DNA of 64,000 nt from Mobula hypostoma (taxonomy: Eukaryota): assembly GCF_963921235.1 (NCBI RefSeq), contig NC_086097.1:192760001-192824000 (forward strand). Direction: 5' to 3'. Position 1 is the first letter of the stretch. Every line of letters begins with the position of its first letter. Positions 1-13,260 of the stretch are shown in pieces. A program made the position numbers and the translations under genes. The notes under the pieces are model-generated. The model was not told where the DNA came from, ran no database searches, and was given only the letters and a program-made list of their open reading frames with translations.

Positions 1-573
1 GAAGACTGGAACGAGAGCAGTTGGCATGTGGAGGTGTGGACTGTAGGTACAGGGCAAGGAAGGGAAGTTGATAGTGGTAGCCTGTGTTGATCATCCACTT
101 GTTGAACTGGAGGGGGGAGGATGGATGAGGGGAGGAATTGGTGTTGAGGCCCACCTTTATTTTACAGAAACACACTATTGGTCCACCAAGAGCTATTGGG
201 TTTAATGTTCAGCTTTTTTTAAATTTATCATATTGTACGTAAAATTTCCAACTCCGTGATGAAATTTTAAGAGTACATCGCTTCCACCTTTATTTAAATA
301 TTAAGATTTTCTAACTCTGCATTTATTATGGTAAAAGTACAGAAGTTAGTGTAAACCACAGAATTGTTAAAGTGTTCATATGGGGTTTTTTCCTACTTTC
401 GTAATAAACGTAGTAGTATGTTACTAATATGCATTATGTATGTTAATATAAATTATTAATATATAGTTTACAGTTCACTTGATGTAAATTTAAAGAATTC
501 AGAGAGAGAATGGTTAAAATAAATTTCCTTCAACTAAGATACTTAAAAAAAATTACTTGTAATATTTGGTTCC

Positions 574-1378
574 GGCAAGATAGCGCCAGTGACCAATGGT
601 GACATCCTGCAGACAGCTCACAGAACTACTAGGCACTCTTCTTCTTACTAGGTATATTTCTTTTTCTGAACTATGTTCAATTACAGCCTCTAATTTCCCT
701 TTTAAAATTAATTCTAAATGATCTTGCACTGGGAGATTAGGTGAGAATGAGAGCAGAGAGAGCAGCCACAGCCATCACTGGGGGAACACAAAACCCTGGT
801 TGGTTCCATTACTCCACGCCTGTTAAAGCATCAAACAAGATTAAAATTGTCAATATTGGGAACAGAAAATGAGCAGGTACTCAGAACCGTCTGCCTGCGT
901 TTGACTTCTCTTCTCACTGCTGAGGTGGGCGGAAGGTGTAGGAATCTTGTGTCTGGAGCCATTGGGACCAGCTGGTGCTTCACTCACCTCAGTGCTCTGC
1001 AGCCGTGGACTTACTTTCGAGGACTCTGCAGTTAATTTTTCTTATGTTTTTCTTACTTCTTCTTTATTATTTATGCAATTTGATCAAGATGCTTCAGCAA
1101 TGACTCAGGGCTCGTAGACCAGCTATACTTGCCTCACCGACTCCATGGCTGTAGACTCACTTTCAGAGCTCTTCAGTTAATGTTATTATTTGTTTACTTT
1201 TTATTGTTTGCATTGTTTGTTCTTTTTTCACACATTGGGTGTTTAATGGTCTTGCTGTCTGGGGTTTTTCTTTAAACTGGTTCTATTGTGTTTCTTTGTT
1301 TTGTGGCTGCCTGCAAGAAGACAAATCCCAAGGTTGTATACTGTATACACACTTTGATAATAAATATGCTTTGAACTT
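574..1378 (+). mobile_element. Decayed non-autonomous LINE-derived repeat with a Rex1/Babar-type 3' tail
   Basis: Ends in CTTTGATAATAAATATGCTTTGAACTT; the same tail recurs at about 35590-35667. No coding motifs; the 5' boundary is uncertain. Confidence 0.35.
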
Positions 1379-1503
1379 CAGATGGATATTTTGTATCTGG
1401 TATAAATATCACATTAACAAGGAAGAGTTCATAGCACACAGGAATATTCATGCCCATCAATATACCATAGGTTTTGTTAATTGGAAATACAATATATGGA
1501 ACC

Positions 1504-1726
1504 AGCAACATACATCAAAGTTGCTGGTGAACGCAGCAGGCCAGGCAGCATCTATAGGAAGAGGCGCAGTCGACGTTTCAGGCCGAGACCCTTCGTCCGA
1601 AGGGTCTCGGCCTGAAACGTCGACTGCGCCTCTTCCTATAGATGCTGCCTGGCCTGCTGCGTTCACCAGCAACTTTGATGTATGTTGCTTGAATTTCCAG
1701 CATCTGCAGAATTCCTGTTGTTTGCG
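1504..1726. mobile_element. Palindromic mini-element derived from the PLE terminus (pLTR)
   Basis: Perfect inverted repeat 1504-1595 / 1598-1689 with a 2-nt spacer, then a ~37-nt unpaired tail. Matches PLE termini at 39372 and 41600-41715. Direct repeat ATATGGAACCAGCA at 1494-1507 and 1732-1745. Confidence 0.9.
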
Positions 1727-2085
1727 TTTAAATATGGAACCAGCACCTGACTGGTTCAGGATTTCAGACATGGCTTTTGATATTTATCACAGCTCCAACA
1801 CAGCCAGGGTACAAGAGCCCATTGCTTTAATTCTGCAAAATTATTGACATAATATATTCCATGAATGAGTGGGGATCATTCCTTACTGAGAGCATACAGT
1901 AGGATTCAATGCTAAATAGCACATAAGAAAGTGGTAGGTTCTAAAACTTTTCCACTGATTCCATTCATCCATTCAGAGATTCCAAGAACTGCCTACTTGT
2001 AGCATTCAGCTGCTTCCTAAATAATTCCAATATATTTTGCTTTACTTACTTTGTGTAGAATTAATTCTGCATATTAATTGCTGAT

Positions 2086-2270
2086 ATAGAGTCATTGCTC
2101 ACAGCTCAAGCAAACTGAGTTCAATCCTAATGTTGAGTGGTGTCTATGGGGAGTTTTCACTCCTCCCTGTAATGGTGTGAGTATCTCTGAGTGCTCTGGT
2201 TCCCTTTTACATCCCAAAGATATGTGCGTTGGTAGATCGATTAACAGTTTTAAGTTACCATGAGTGAGTA
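2086..2270 (+). mobile_element. V-SINE/HE1-like SINE remnant
   Basis: B-box-like GAGTTCAATCC followed by a V-core-like tract (GTGCTCTGGTTCCC...CATCCCAAAGATATGTG). Similar copies at about 3545-3845, 17245-17400 and 35800-36080, and on the minus strand at about 2310-2510 and 55150-55410. Confidence 0.55.
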
Positions 2271-4374
2271 AGCGAATGGCAGAAGATGGGTGCCAAGATT
2301 CTACTGCTCATTTACATATTCAGAACTCTTTACAGTGGCCAAATAATCTTCTTAACCACTTGCCTTTGGAACATGAGGGAACAGGGGATCACTGAGAGGA
2401 AACCCAGGCAATCATGCAAACTCCACACTGTCAGCATCAGAGGTCAGATTTGAATCCATGTTGTTCAAATGTTGAGGCAAAAGCTCTACTAGTTATACCA
2501 CCGTGCCAGACACAATAAAAATTACGTGATTTTTTTTATCATCTGTGAGTTTGTTTGAAACTAGTGAACAGGATTCCTTATTTGAGTTCTGCACCTGAGA
2601 ATAATATTTTGGGTTATTATTTTCTGTATATTTAGAAATCTTATGGACTTGAAGAGATTGTTTACTCACTTGGGTTTCTCCTACAGAACCTGTCAAGCCC
2701 TTGACCTCAGTAACCAGGAAGGCAAGGACACCAATGCATAGGAACATCACCTTTCCTTCCAAGCTACACAGAAATTGTATCGCTCGTACTACAATTATTA
2801 TTGGGCCTCAACCCTGCTACTGCCTCCTTAATCACACAATCGAAGTAACTTCATCAGGACTATTGTGGTTCAAAAAGATGATTCATCACCAGGTTCTCAA
2901 GGGAAATTAGACATGAGCAATAAGTACTGATGCCCAGTGATGCCCAGCTCTAGATAAATTAATTTTGAATATTAGATACAGTGAACACAAGAAGAGTGCA
3001 CAATCTAACTCTTTGATGCCTGATTTCGTATAATTCTTCATATAATATTAAAGTGAATTATTTTCCTCTGCTTCCACTGTGGTTTGAGCCCTCCTCAACT
3101 CCCTACAAAAATAACAGTTATTTACGTGCTTCCTTAAAGTGATTATTTGCACACACCTGCATATTACACAGAATGGTACCTGCCAGTCCCATAAACATCA
3201 TGCTCTGTTTGGACCACTGTGATTTGTTTCCTTATGAGCTAACAAAGATACAATGAGTTTGTAGGTATTTCTCTCTGGATTTGACAGAAAAATAAACAGT
3301 CTCATTTGTAGCACTAAATTGCATTTCAGACTGCAACATACACAGGATGCCAGAATATTCTTAACCGTTAAATGGATACTTTATAGTGAAAAACCATGAT
3401 GGTTTCAATCAATTTTTCAAGAAATACTTCTCAAGTAATTATTTCTTCTAAATGCTACAGTGGATATTTAATGATGTTGGTTTTGCTGTTGTTTTCACTG
3501 GCTAGTAATGCCATCATGCAGTGCATTGAAATGCAGTAACAGAGGGGCACAGTTAGTAGAGCCATTGCTGTGCCTGGGTGCTGTCTGTTACCAGTCCACT
3601 CCTGTGCTTGGGTGTTATGGGTTTTCTCCAGGCGCACTAGTTTCCTCCTGCTTCCCATAGACGTGGGGTTGGTAAATTAATTCCCCACTGTAAGTTGCCC
3701 CTGATGTGTCTGAGAATGCTAGAATATGGAAGGAGTTCATTGAAAATGCAGGAAAAATGTTGGTAGGATTAGTGTAAATAGATTGCTGATGGCTAGCATG
3801 GACTTAATGGACTGCAAGGCCTAATTCCATACTGTATCTTTCTCTGATATGCTGACTCTACAGCAAGATTCTGTTCCCTCTATTCCCTTTGTGGAATTGC
3901 CAGCTGTATGCTTGATCAATCCAAAGATGTAGCTCTGAACATGGCCTTAGCAACCACATCATGGTGCCAACAACACATTCCATATTACCAAACCTGGGAA
4001 ACAGCAGCAAGTTAAGCAGATGAACAGTCAATCATCCCCCAACACTCACAAGCATGCCTGTTCCCACACTACCACTTGATACAGCAACGAAAAGAAGCCA
4101 GGCCCATGGTTTCCCCAGAACATTTCCTGTTTGTTTATTCATTTTCTTTGCATCTGAACATTGCCCACAAGATCAAAGTTTATCAAAGTCAAGTTTATTG
4201 TCAAATCCACAAGTACATATATGCACATATGCAATGAAAAGCTTACTTGCAGCAGCATTACAGGCCCATAACATTTAATAAACATGGCTCACAAGTAAAA
4301 TACAGCAGAAACTAAATTATACACAATTTTATAATAAAGTTTAAATGTAAATTGTGCATGAGTTATAATCGAAC

Positions 4375-5900
4375 CCTAACTCCCTTGAGAAGATAGTTGT
4401 GAGAAATAGTACTGAACTGCAGCATTCCCTCTGGTGAAGGTGCTCCTATAGAGAAGTTGGCCTCAAAATTGTAGGATTTAGACCCAATATTGCTGAAAGA
4501 CCATAATATGTTTCCAAGTCAGGGCGGTATGTGATTCGTAAGTGAGTGTGCAGGCAGTGACATTGTCATTCATATCGTAGATGTTACATTCTGCAGACAC
4601 TGCACAACAGTTGTTCATGGATTGCATGTTTAGGACGCTGATGGGATGCTAAGCATGATGGTGTACTCTGGTCATGTCATTCAACGGCAAGGGTAAGTGA
4701 TTAGACTCTATCTTGTAAGACATAATTATTGCTTGCAATTTTATGCTGTATATGTTACATTCCACTTACGCCTAAACATTGTCTACATCTTGCTAAATGC
4801 ATGCATGAGCCATTCAGATTGCTAGGGAGTTCAGCATTGTGCAATCATCAAAGAATATCCCCACTTCTGATTTTATGGTGAAATAGTCCAAACTCTTTGG
4901 GTCAGAACACTAGTGTGAGGAACTCCTAAAATGATGCCTTGAGGCTGTGATGATTGAACTTCAATAACAACTGTCTGCTTTTGTTTGAGTTAACCAACAC
5001 AAAGGATAAACCATTAATCTCTTATATAGTTCCTTCACTGTATGTTTTGATATAAACTATTCAAATGATATTACATCCAAAGGAAAATACGCATTGTGTG
5101 CAGTGTTGGAACCAGGACGGTGATAATGTCTGAGTGGTCTTGGCAAAATCGAAATTGGATAACAATGATTAGGCTTGATAACACTGTCAACAATGACATC
5201 TGTCACGTTGCTAATGACTGAGAGCAGACTGATTGGCCACAATTAGCTGGATTAGATTTGTTTGTGCTTTTGGGAATGGGACAGAGCTGGGCAATTTTCC
5301 ACACTGTCAGGGGAATGTTGGTATTGTAGCTGGGCTGGAAAGCTTGTTTGGAGGTGCGGTTGGTTTTGCAATGTAGCATTTCAGTTCTACAGCTGGGATG
5401 TTGCCTGTTTTCAGGCCTTTGCAGTATCCAATGCTTTCAGGCTTTCCTTGATATTACATAGAGTATTTAAAATTGGTTGGAATCTGATTTCAATGATTGT
5501 AGGAAGCTCAAGAGGAACCCAAGATCAGTCACATATTGCAATTCAACATGCATGTCAATTCTTCAGCCATTTCTTTAGTGCACGGTTGCTGGGTCAAGTC
5601 ATCACCCCCAGGATAGGTGTACCACAGTCCACTAGCATTCATGGCAGGTCTACTGAGCTTTATTCTGAACTCTTGGTTGTGAGATTACTTTGTCCATCAA
5701 TTGCACTCTACTTTTTCTTCAGCATACATATAATTCCAAATTGTAGTTTACCAGTATAATGACTTAAACGTAGTTGATACACCTCCACCATACCCAAACA
5801 CTTTATCATCACCACAGAAACAGCTGAAAGATGTTCTATTCTTTCACCCACCAGTAATTCCAGGATGTTCACTACCTGGAAATGCAACAGGCCATCTGGC
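4375..5900 (-). mobile_element. Ancient, highly decayed CR1/L2-group LINE
   Basis: Shares blocks with about 11570-12330 (e.g. AATAT-TTTCCAAGT-AGG). No intact ORF; boundaries approximate. Confidence 0.35.
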
Positions 5901-6741
5901 AATTAGCAATCACTTTCAATAGGGTTCTGATGAACAGGAAGAAAGAAGCTATTGGTGAATTGCAAACACTACTGATAGTAATGCATAGCTTTCAGGCTTT
6001 TGTGAAGTGCTTTTGGTGCACTTTGTGCTAACTAATCAGAGCCTTGCCGGAAATTCTCTGAGACTGCTATTGTACCTTACTGAACATGTAGGAGTCAGAA
6101 GAAAGGAGATGATTAGTCATGAGAATCTTTTGAGGTTTCTATCTGTTCCTGAACAAGATAAAGGGCAGAAGAAGAAGATGGAACCAGCTGCTGGAGGACA
6201 GAAGCAGATATGTGATGGTAAGGAAGTGCCCAACATCACGATGAGCTGCTGCTTGGCATTTCTGCTGCCATTGGAGATCAGCTATTACCATCATAAATTG
6301 TGTGTTGGGACACATTTACATTGTATCATTATCTGTTATTCCCCTGAAAGGCTTCCGTTCCAAGATCTTTGGCTCCATGTACTTTTAGGCTGTATAAGAC
6401 AATAGAATCTTGAAGTTGCATGGTGTGTAGTACCAGTTGCAGGATTGAACAACAGAAATAAAAATATCAACATGAGCTTACAAAGGAGAATTTAATAATC
6501 TTCTAATAGGATTAAGAAATCTCAAGAAATTACTTTATAATATCAGTACAATTTCAGCTCTGGCTAAAACTGTTGGAAATAATTTGGTTTAATTAAATAA
6601 ATAATTAACTAATCTTTTGTTTCAGTCAGAAGGTTTAGAGCAAATTTCCTTTCTTGTGTTGAACAACTCACAATTTTTCATTCACTAGAATGAAATTGTG
6701 GACTAATAATCTTGTATTGGCCATGCAGAGAATATAAGTTT

Positions 6742-7678
6742 AATTGAATCAGCAAATTTGCTGGTGCTACAAAGATTGGAGGTGTAGTAGACAGTGAGGA
6801 AGGTTTTCAAAGCTTGCAGAGGGATTTGGACCAGCTGGAAAAATGGGCTGAAAAATGACAGATGGAGTTTAATACAGACAAGTGTGAGGTATTGCACTTT
6901 GGAAGGACAAACCAAGGTAGAACATACAAGGTAAATGGTAAGGCACTGAGGAGTGCAGTAGAACAGAGGGATCTGGGAATACAGATACAAAATCCCCTAA
7001 AAGTAGCATCACAGGTAGATGGGGTCGTAAAGAGAGCTTTTGGTACATTGGCCTTTATAAATCAAAGTATTGAGTATAAGAGTTGGAATGTTATGGTGAG
7101 GTTGTATAAGGCATTGGTGAGGCCGAATTTGGAGTATTGTGTACAGTTTTGGTCACCAAATTACAGGAAGGATATTAATAAGGTTGAAAGAGTGCAGAGA
7201 AGGTTTACAAGGATGTTGCCGGGACTAGAGAAACTGAATTACAGAGAGAGGCTGAATAGGTTAGGACTTTATTCCCTGGAGCATAGAAGAATGAGGGGAG
7301 ATTTGATAGAGGTATATAAAATTATGATGGGTATAGATAGAGGGAATTCAAGCAGGCTTTTTGCACTGAGGCAAGGGGAGAAAAAAACCAGAGGACATGG
7401 GTTAAGGGTGTAGGGGGAAAAGTTTAAAGGGAACATTGTGGGGGGGGGGGCTTCTTCACACAGAGAGTGGTGGGAGTGTGGAATGAGCTGCCAGATGAAG
7501 TGGTAAATGTGGGCTCACTTCTAACATTTACGAAAAACTTGGACAGGTACATGGATGAGAATGTATGGAGGGATATGGTCCAGGTGCAAGTCAGTGGGAC
7601 TGGGCAGTAAAATGGTTCGGCTCAGCCAAGAAGGGCCAAAAGGCCTGTTTCTGTGCTGTAATGTTCTGTGGTTCTATG
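6742..7678 (+). mobile_element. 5'-truncated CR1 LINE (RT C-terminus and 3' UTR)
   Basis: ORF 6862-7413 has CR1 motifs (KCEVLHFG, LYKALVRPNLEYCVQFWSP, RRMRGDLIEVYKI) and a short-repeat tail TTCTGTGGTTCTATG. Very similar to 48335-49252. Confidence 0.95.
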
Positions 7679-8150
7679 CACCTTTAAAAACAGACTGCAC
7701 CTTGTGGTATGGCTCTGATACTGCTGGTTAGTTGAGATTTACTGCCTTCAATAAAAGATATCCTGTTTATAGCATTATCTCTCTTTGTTTGTGTAGGCAG
7801 CAAATAAAGGAGTCTATAGCATTAGAGACAGCCTGCAGTTTATTACGTCAATTCATTTTCATTATTATTCATCGCACCCAATATACTGCAGCTTTCCTTT
7901 TGGAATGGAAGCAAGCCCAGTTTGAGAGGCATAGGAACTAGGAAACAGGAATCTACTGGAAATTCAGGAAGTTTAGATGATTTACAAACTGGAGGTGAAT
8001 ATCCTCAGAGCTTCTCAAAAGGTATTTATAAGGTATTCAGATTCATTATCAATCTTCGTCAGTACTGAAGGAAAATCATACATAGAGTTAATTCACAAAA
8101 TGGAGTCTAGGGACAGGAGCCAAAGTAAATTAAAAAAAAACACCTCTGGA

Positions 8151-10561
8151 GAGTCACAGACTCGTAGAACACTACAGCACATAAACAGGCCCTTCAGCCC
8201 ATCTAGTCTGTGCCGAACCATTAATCTGGTTATTCCATCGACATGTACCCGGACCATATCCCTCCATAATCCTCTCATCCATGTACTTATCCACTTTCTC
8301 TTAAATGTTCAAATCAAAACTGCACCCATCACTTGCGCTGGCTGCTCATTCCAAATTCTCACTGCCCTCTGAGTGAAGATGTTCCCCTTAAACATTTCAC
8401 CTTTAACTTTTAGCCTATGGCCTTTAGCTGTAGTCTAACACAACCTCAGTAGAAAAAGCTTGATTGCATTCACTCTATCTATATCTCTTGTAATGTTGTA
8501 TACATCTATCAAATCTCCCCTTAATCTTCTTTACATTCTAGGAATGAAGTCCTAACCTATTTAATCTTTCCCTATAACTCTGGTCCTCCAGTCCTGGCAA
8601 CATCCTTGTAAATTCTCTCTGCACATTTTCAATCTAATTTACATCTTTCCTGTAGGTCGGTGACCAAAATTTCTCCCAATACTCCAAATTCGGCCTCTCC
8701 AACGTCTTATACAATTTCAACATAATATCCCAACTCTTGTACTTGATAAATGGATTCATGAAGGCCAACGTGCCAAGCCTCCTTTATGACTATTTACTAG
8801 TGGTGCCACTTTCAAGGAATTATAGATCTGTATTTCCAGATCCCTCTGCTCGACCACACAGTTCAGTACCCTCCTGCTCACTGTGTAAAACCTACCCTGG
8901 TTGGTCCTCCCAACGTGTAAATCCTCACACTTGGCAGATAGAATTTAATGCAGTAATTTTTCAGCCTAATTTTTCCAGCTGGTCCAGATCCTGATGTAAG
9001 CCTTGATAGACTTCCTCGCTGTCCACTACACCTCCCCCAATCTTGGTTTGATCTGCAAATTTGTTGATCCATTTCGCTCATTATCTTCCAAATCATTGAT
9101 ATTGATAACAAACAACAACAGACCCAGTACTGATCCCTATGGCACATCACTAGGCACAGGCCTCCAAACAGAGAGGTAACCATCTATGACCACTATCTGG
9201 CTTCTCCTCTGAAGCCAATATCTAATCCAATTTACTACCCCATCTTAAATGCCAAGCAAATGAACATCCTTAAGCAACCTCTCATGCAGAATCTTGTCAA
9301 AGGATTTTCTAAGGTCCATGTAGACAACATTTTCAGCCTTGCCTTCATAAACTTTCCTGGTAACTTACTTAAAGAACTCTATGATTACTTAGGCATGACC
9401 TACCATGCACAAAGCTATGTTGATGATCCTTATCTGTCCCTGTCTATCCAAATACATGTATATCCAGTCCCTTAGAATACCTTCCAATAACTTTCTCACT
9501 ACTGATGTCAGATTCACCTGTCTACACTTCCCTGGCTTATTCTAAGAGCCTTCTTAAACAGTGAAACAATATTAGCTGTCCTCCTATCCTCCGGCATCTC
9601 ACCCATGGCTAAGCATCTTTTAAATATCTCGGCTAGGACCCCTGCAATTTCTGGACTAGCCTGCCACAGGGTCAAAGGAAACATTTTATTGGGCCCTGGG
9701 GATATATCCACCTTAATTTGCCTTAAGGCAGCAAACACCCCTTCCTCTGTGATCTGTATAGGGTCCATGACCTCACTGCTGCTATGCCTCACATCTATAG
9801 ACTCTGTCCGTCTCCTGAATAGATACAGATGCAAAAAATCCATTTAAGATTTCCTCCATCTCTTTCTGCTCCACGCATAGATTACCAATCTGATCTTCAA
9901 GAGGACCAATTTTGTCCCTTGTTATCATTTTGCTCTAAAGTAGAAGCCCTTAGGGTTCTTCTTCTCCTGATCTGCTAGAGCAATCCCATGCCTTTTAGAG
10001 CATAGAAATCTACAGCACATTACAGGCCCTTCAGCCTACAATGTTGTGCCGACCATGTAACCTACTCTAGAAACTGCCTAGAATTTCCCTAGCGCATAGC
10101 CCTCTATTTTTCTAAGCTCCATATTACCTATCTAAGGGGCTCTTAAAAGACCCTATTGTATCTACTTCCACCTCCGGCACTGGCAGTTCATTCCATACAC
10201 TCACTGTGAAAATCTTACCCCTGCTGTTCCCCCCAGTACCTATTTCCAAGCACCTTAAAACTATGTCCCCTCATGTTAGCCATTTCAGCCCTGGGAAAAA
10301 GCCTCTGGCTATCCATATGATCAATGCCCCCATCATCTTATACACCTCTGTCAGGTCACCTCTCATCCTTCATCACTCATTATTTTATCTCTCCTGATTT
10401 CCTTCTTAAGTGTTCTCTTGCATTTCTTATACTCTGCAAGTACCTCATTTGTTCTTTCCTGCCTATACCTGTTGTGCACCTTCTTTTCCTTAAGTGGGGC
10501 TTCAATATCTCTCAAAAACTAAGTTTCCCTAAACCTGTTATCCTTGCCTTTTATTCTGGCT
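8151..10561 (-). mobile_element. Decayed CR1 LINE containing a nested second CR1 3' fragment (about 9997-10376)
   Basis: Minus-strand ORF remnant IKVDISPGPNKMFP...PEDRRTANIVSLFKK. The nested fragment resembles the reverse complement of the CR1 3' end at 39035-39360 and 41726-41876. Confidence 0.85.
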
Positions 10562-10860
10562 TGGCTCATATAATGACATTCTTGGACTGTCTTCATTCCT
10601 CTTCTGCAACCCTGAACATGAAACTTGAGGCATCCCTCAAAGCAAACCTCATCAAACCTTGACTTCACTGATCATTTTAGTATTACAACTGGCATGTAGC
10701 AACTTTTTACCTTTGGGAAAATGGTATCAGATGATACTTGTTTACAAAAGACTCCTTTTCCATATGATCAAATTATTTTTTGAAAATCTGCTAAAATCTT
10801 GCCAACCATGAGTTTTTAAGAAGATGATATGAGCAGTATTATAGAATGGCTGTGAAATAA

Positions 10861-11045
10861 AGAAACAGACAATACTAGAAGCAGTCAGCAAACTCAGGCA
10901 GCATCTGTGGAAGGAGTTAACATTTCAGGCCAACGATACATCATAGCAACTTAAACTGTTGACACATTTTTTCCACGGATATTGCCTAACCTACTTGTGT
11001 CTTCTGCATTTTCAGTTTTTTATTTCAAATTTCCAGTATTTTCAG
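10861..11045. mobile_element. Old fold-back PLE-terminus mini-element
   Basis: Left arm CAGGCAGCATCTGTGGA...AACATTTCAGG with a diverged inverted right arm and a TTTCAAATTTCCAGTATT tail; same layout as 1504-1726. Confidence 0.5.
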
Positions 11046-13118
11046 CCATTATTTTCCAATCATGAAATAAGTAAACTACTCCATTTAGTAAATCAAATTC
11101 TCTCCCCAAAATAGAACAGTTTAGAACATGTAGAAATATTGGAAAAAGTGATAAATGAAAGCATATTACTGAAATGTCTCTAAAACATGACAGATAAATC
11201 CCCCTTGCAAGCCTACTCTTTGTTTCAAAATATTTCTTCCTGTTTTGGTCATCTTCACTTCTTGTTTCAGAAAAGATTTAAAGAGGAAAGTACATCATAT
11301 TGCTAAGAAAGCTGAGCATCTAACCAAAATAATTCTGAAATATTTATGACTGAGATTGAAAGCCTTCACTGAAGTAAAAGTATCTAGCAAAATTGAAATA
11401 TGGTTGAGGCACAAACGTGCCATGAGCACATTGCTCGGTGAAAGAGCCTCGCGGGACTGGATGTCCTCCTGTTCATAAATAAGAACATATGGCTTAGAAA
11501 TACTTTAATATTTGAAGACACATGTTGAAGTAAGGTAGCATGGCTGGTTTTAATTGAGGTCTTTGTGGACTTACACTATTTCAATAATGATGCCAGTTGG
11601 CAATCCTGGACCATAAGCAAATTGCATGTGAGGCACAACTTTGCTACTGAAATCTATTTCTGGATCTATTATCCATTCTAAATAGTCTTGAGAAGCTGAT
11701 TTTACCACTCCATCTATGTGATGATGCTGGGTAGGATTTGAACCAACAATAACGAAATAATGGTAATATATATTTCCAAGTAAGGAGGTTGTAACTTTAA
11801 GGGAAGTTACTGGTGGCAGCCTTCCCATACACCAACTGTTCTTGTCTCTTATTCATTGATCATGAGTTGGAGGTACAGCACTATGGAAGGATCTTTTGTG
11901 AGTTTCCCTACTGCTTTTACAGTAATTCATCATGGAAGGAGAGGTGTTGCTGGTAACAACAGGAAGTTACCTTGGCTGTATCTTGATACTGTGAGGCTTC
12001 ATGGGGCCTCAAAACATTTTTGAAATCATCCAGGACTATTTTCTATCTGTATATTACAAGGCCATCAATTCTAGTGGGACAGGCATACTCCGGACTACAA
12101 TGGATGAGTTAGTTGTGGTTCTATGGGGTTGATTATATCAGACTACATTTGTCTAGTCTGAGATAAAGCTCTTTCAATTTTCGTAGAGGATTTCATCTGC
12201 AAGTAGAAGTCATGACTGATGGGTTTGTATATGTTGTGAGGTGCTCTTTTTTAATTTGCATCTGCTTTGATACACATGGATGGCTCACTCACTCATTTCA
12301 GAGGGAAGCAAACACATTGCTCTCTATTTGAAAATAAATATTAACATGACTAGCAAAAGACAGAAAATTCCCTTCACTATAATAATTCAGATAGGTGTTT
12401 ATGTTTACTTGGTCACCAATACTAATACTAGAAGCTCATTATTGATAATTCAATTTAAATTTCCCAGTTACTCTGTGGGATTTAATTTCTGGTCTCCAGA
12501 TCAATGGACAAGACCTTCGTATCCCTAGACCATTATGCTATCATAGCCCTAATATTCTCTATATGGTTCATATAAAGTAGCTATTAAAATAAGCAACAAG
12601 CATGTTTTTGTATAACTTTTGCTTGTTGCATTATTGTTTTAATCATCAGTGTTCACAGAACGATAAAATGGTTACTGCCTGGTAGGAGGCTATTCAACCA
12701 TGCTAGCTCTGTGCAATTCAGCTTGTCTCAGTCACTCACTCTCTCCTCACAAGCTTAGGATTTTGTTTTCCTTTCAAGAACTCATCCAGCTCCCACTCGA
12801 ACTGCTTCCATTCTGCTCCCTGGCAGTTTAATCCAAATTCAGCCACACAGGGTATTACTTAAGCAACTTACCCTCGGGTAACATTTGATTCTTTTCCAAA
12901 TCATCCCTATTCTGTGCACTTCAACTGTTGACCCTTTTGTCAATAGGAACAAGTTCTTCTGTCACTCTTCCTGATTTTGAATGCCCCTCTCAAATGTTCC
13001 CTCAACTTCCCCTGCTGCAAGAATAATTCCAGTTTTGCCATTCTGTCTACATACCTAAATACCATCATCCCTGGGAACTATTCTAGTAAATTTCTTCTGA
13101 CCTTCTTTAGGGCTTTCA

Positions 13119-13260
13119 CAAACAAGAGACAATCTGCAGATACTAGAAATCCAAGCAACACACGCACAAAACGCTGGACGAAATCATCAGGCCAAGCAGA
13201 CCAAGTCTTGGCCCAAAACATTGACTGTACTCTTTTCTATAGATGTTGCCTGGCCTGCTA
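13119..13260. mobile_element. PLE-terminus mini-element (tail on the left) inserted in an old CR1
   Basis: AAACAAGAGACAATCTGCAGATACTAGAAATCCAAGCAACACAC...TAGATGTTGCCTGGCCTGCT; related to 44450-44589. Confidence 0.6.

Noticed and set aside
1239..1847. 202-aa ORF and the overlapping antisense ORF with mirrored peptide
   Set aside because: An artefact of the DNA palindrome and PLE terminus; no protein-family motifs.
5262..6405. ORFs of 165 and 132 aa as host genes
   Set aside because: Non-ATG starts, no recognizable domains, and the first lies within a decayed LINE.
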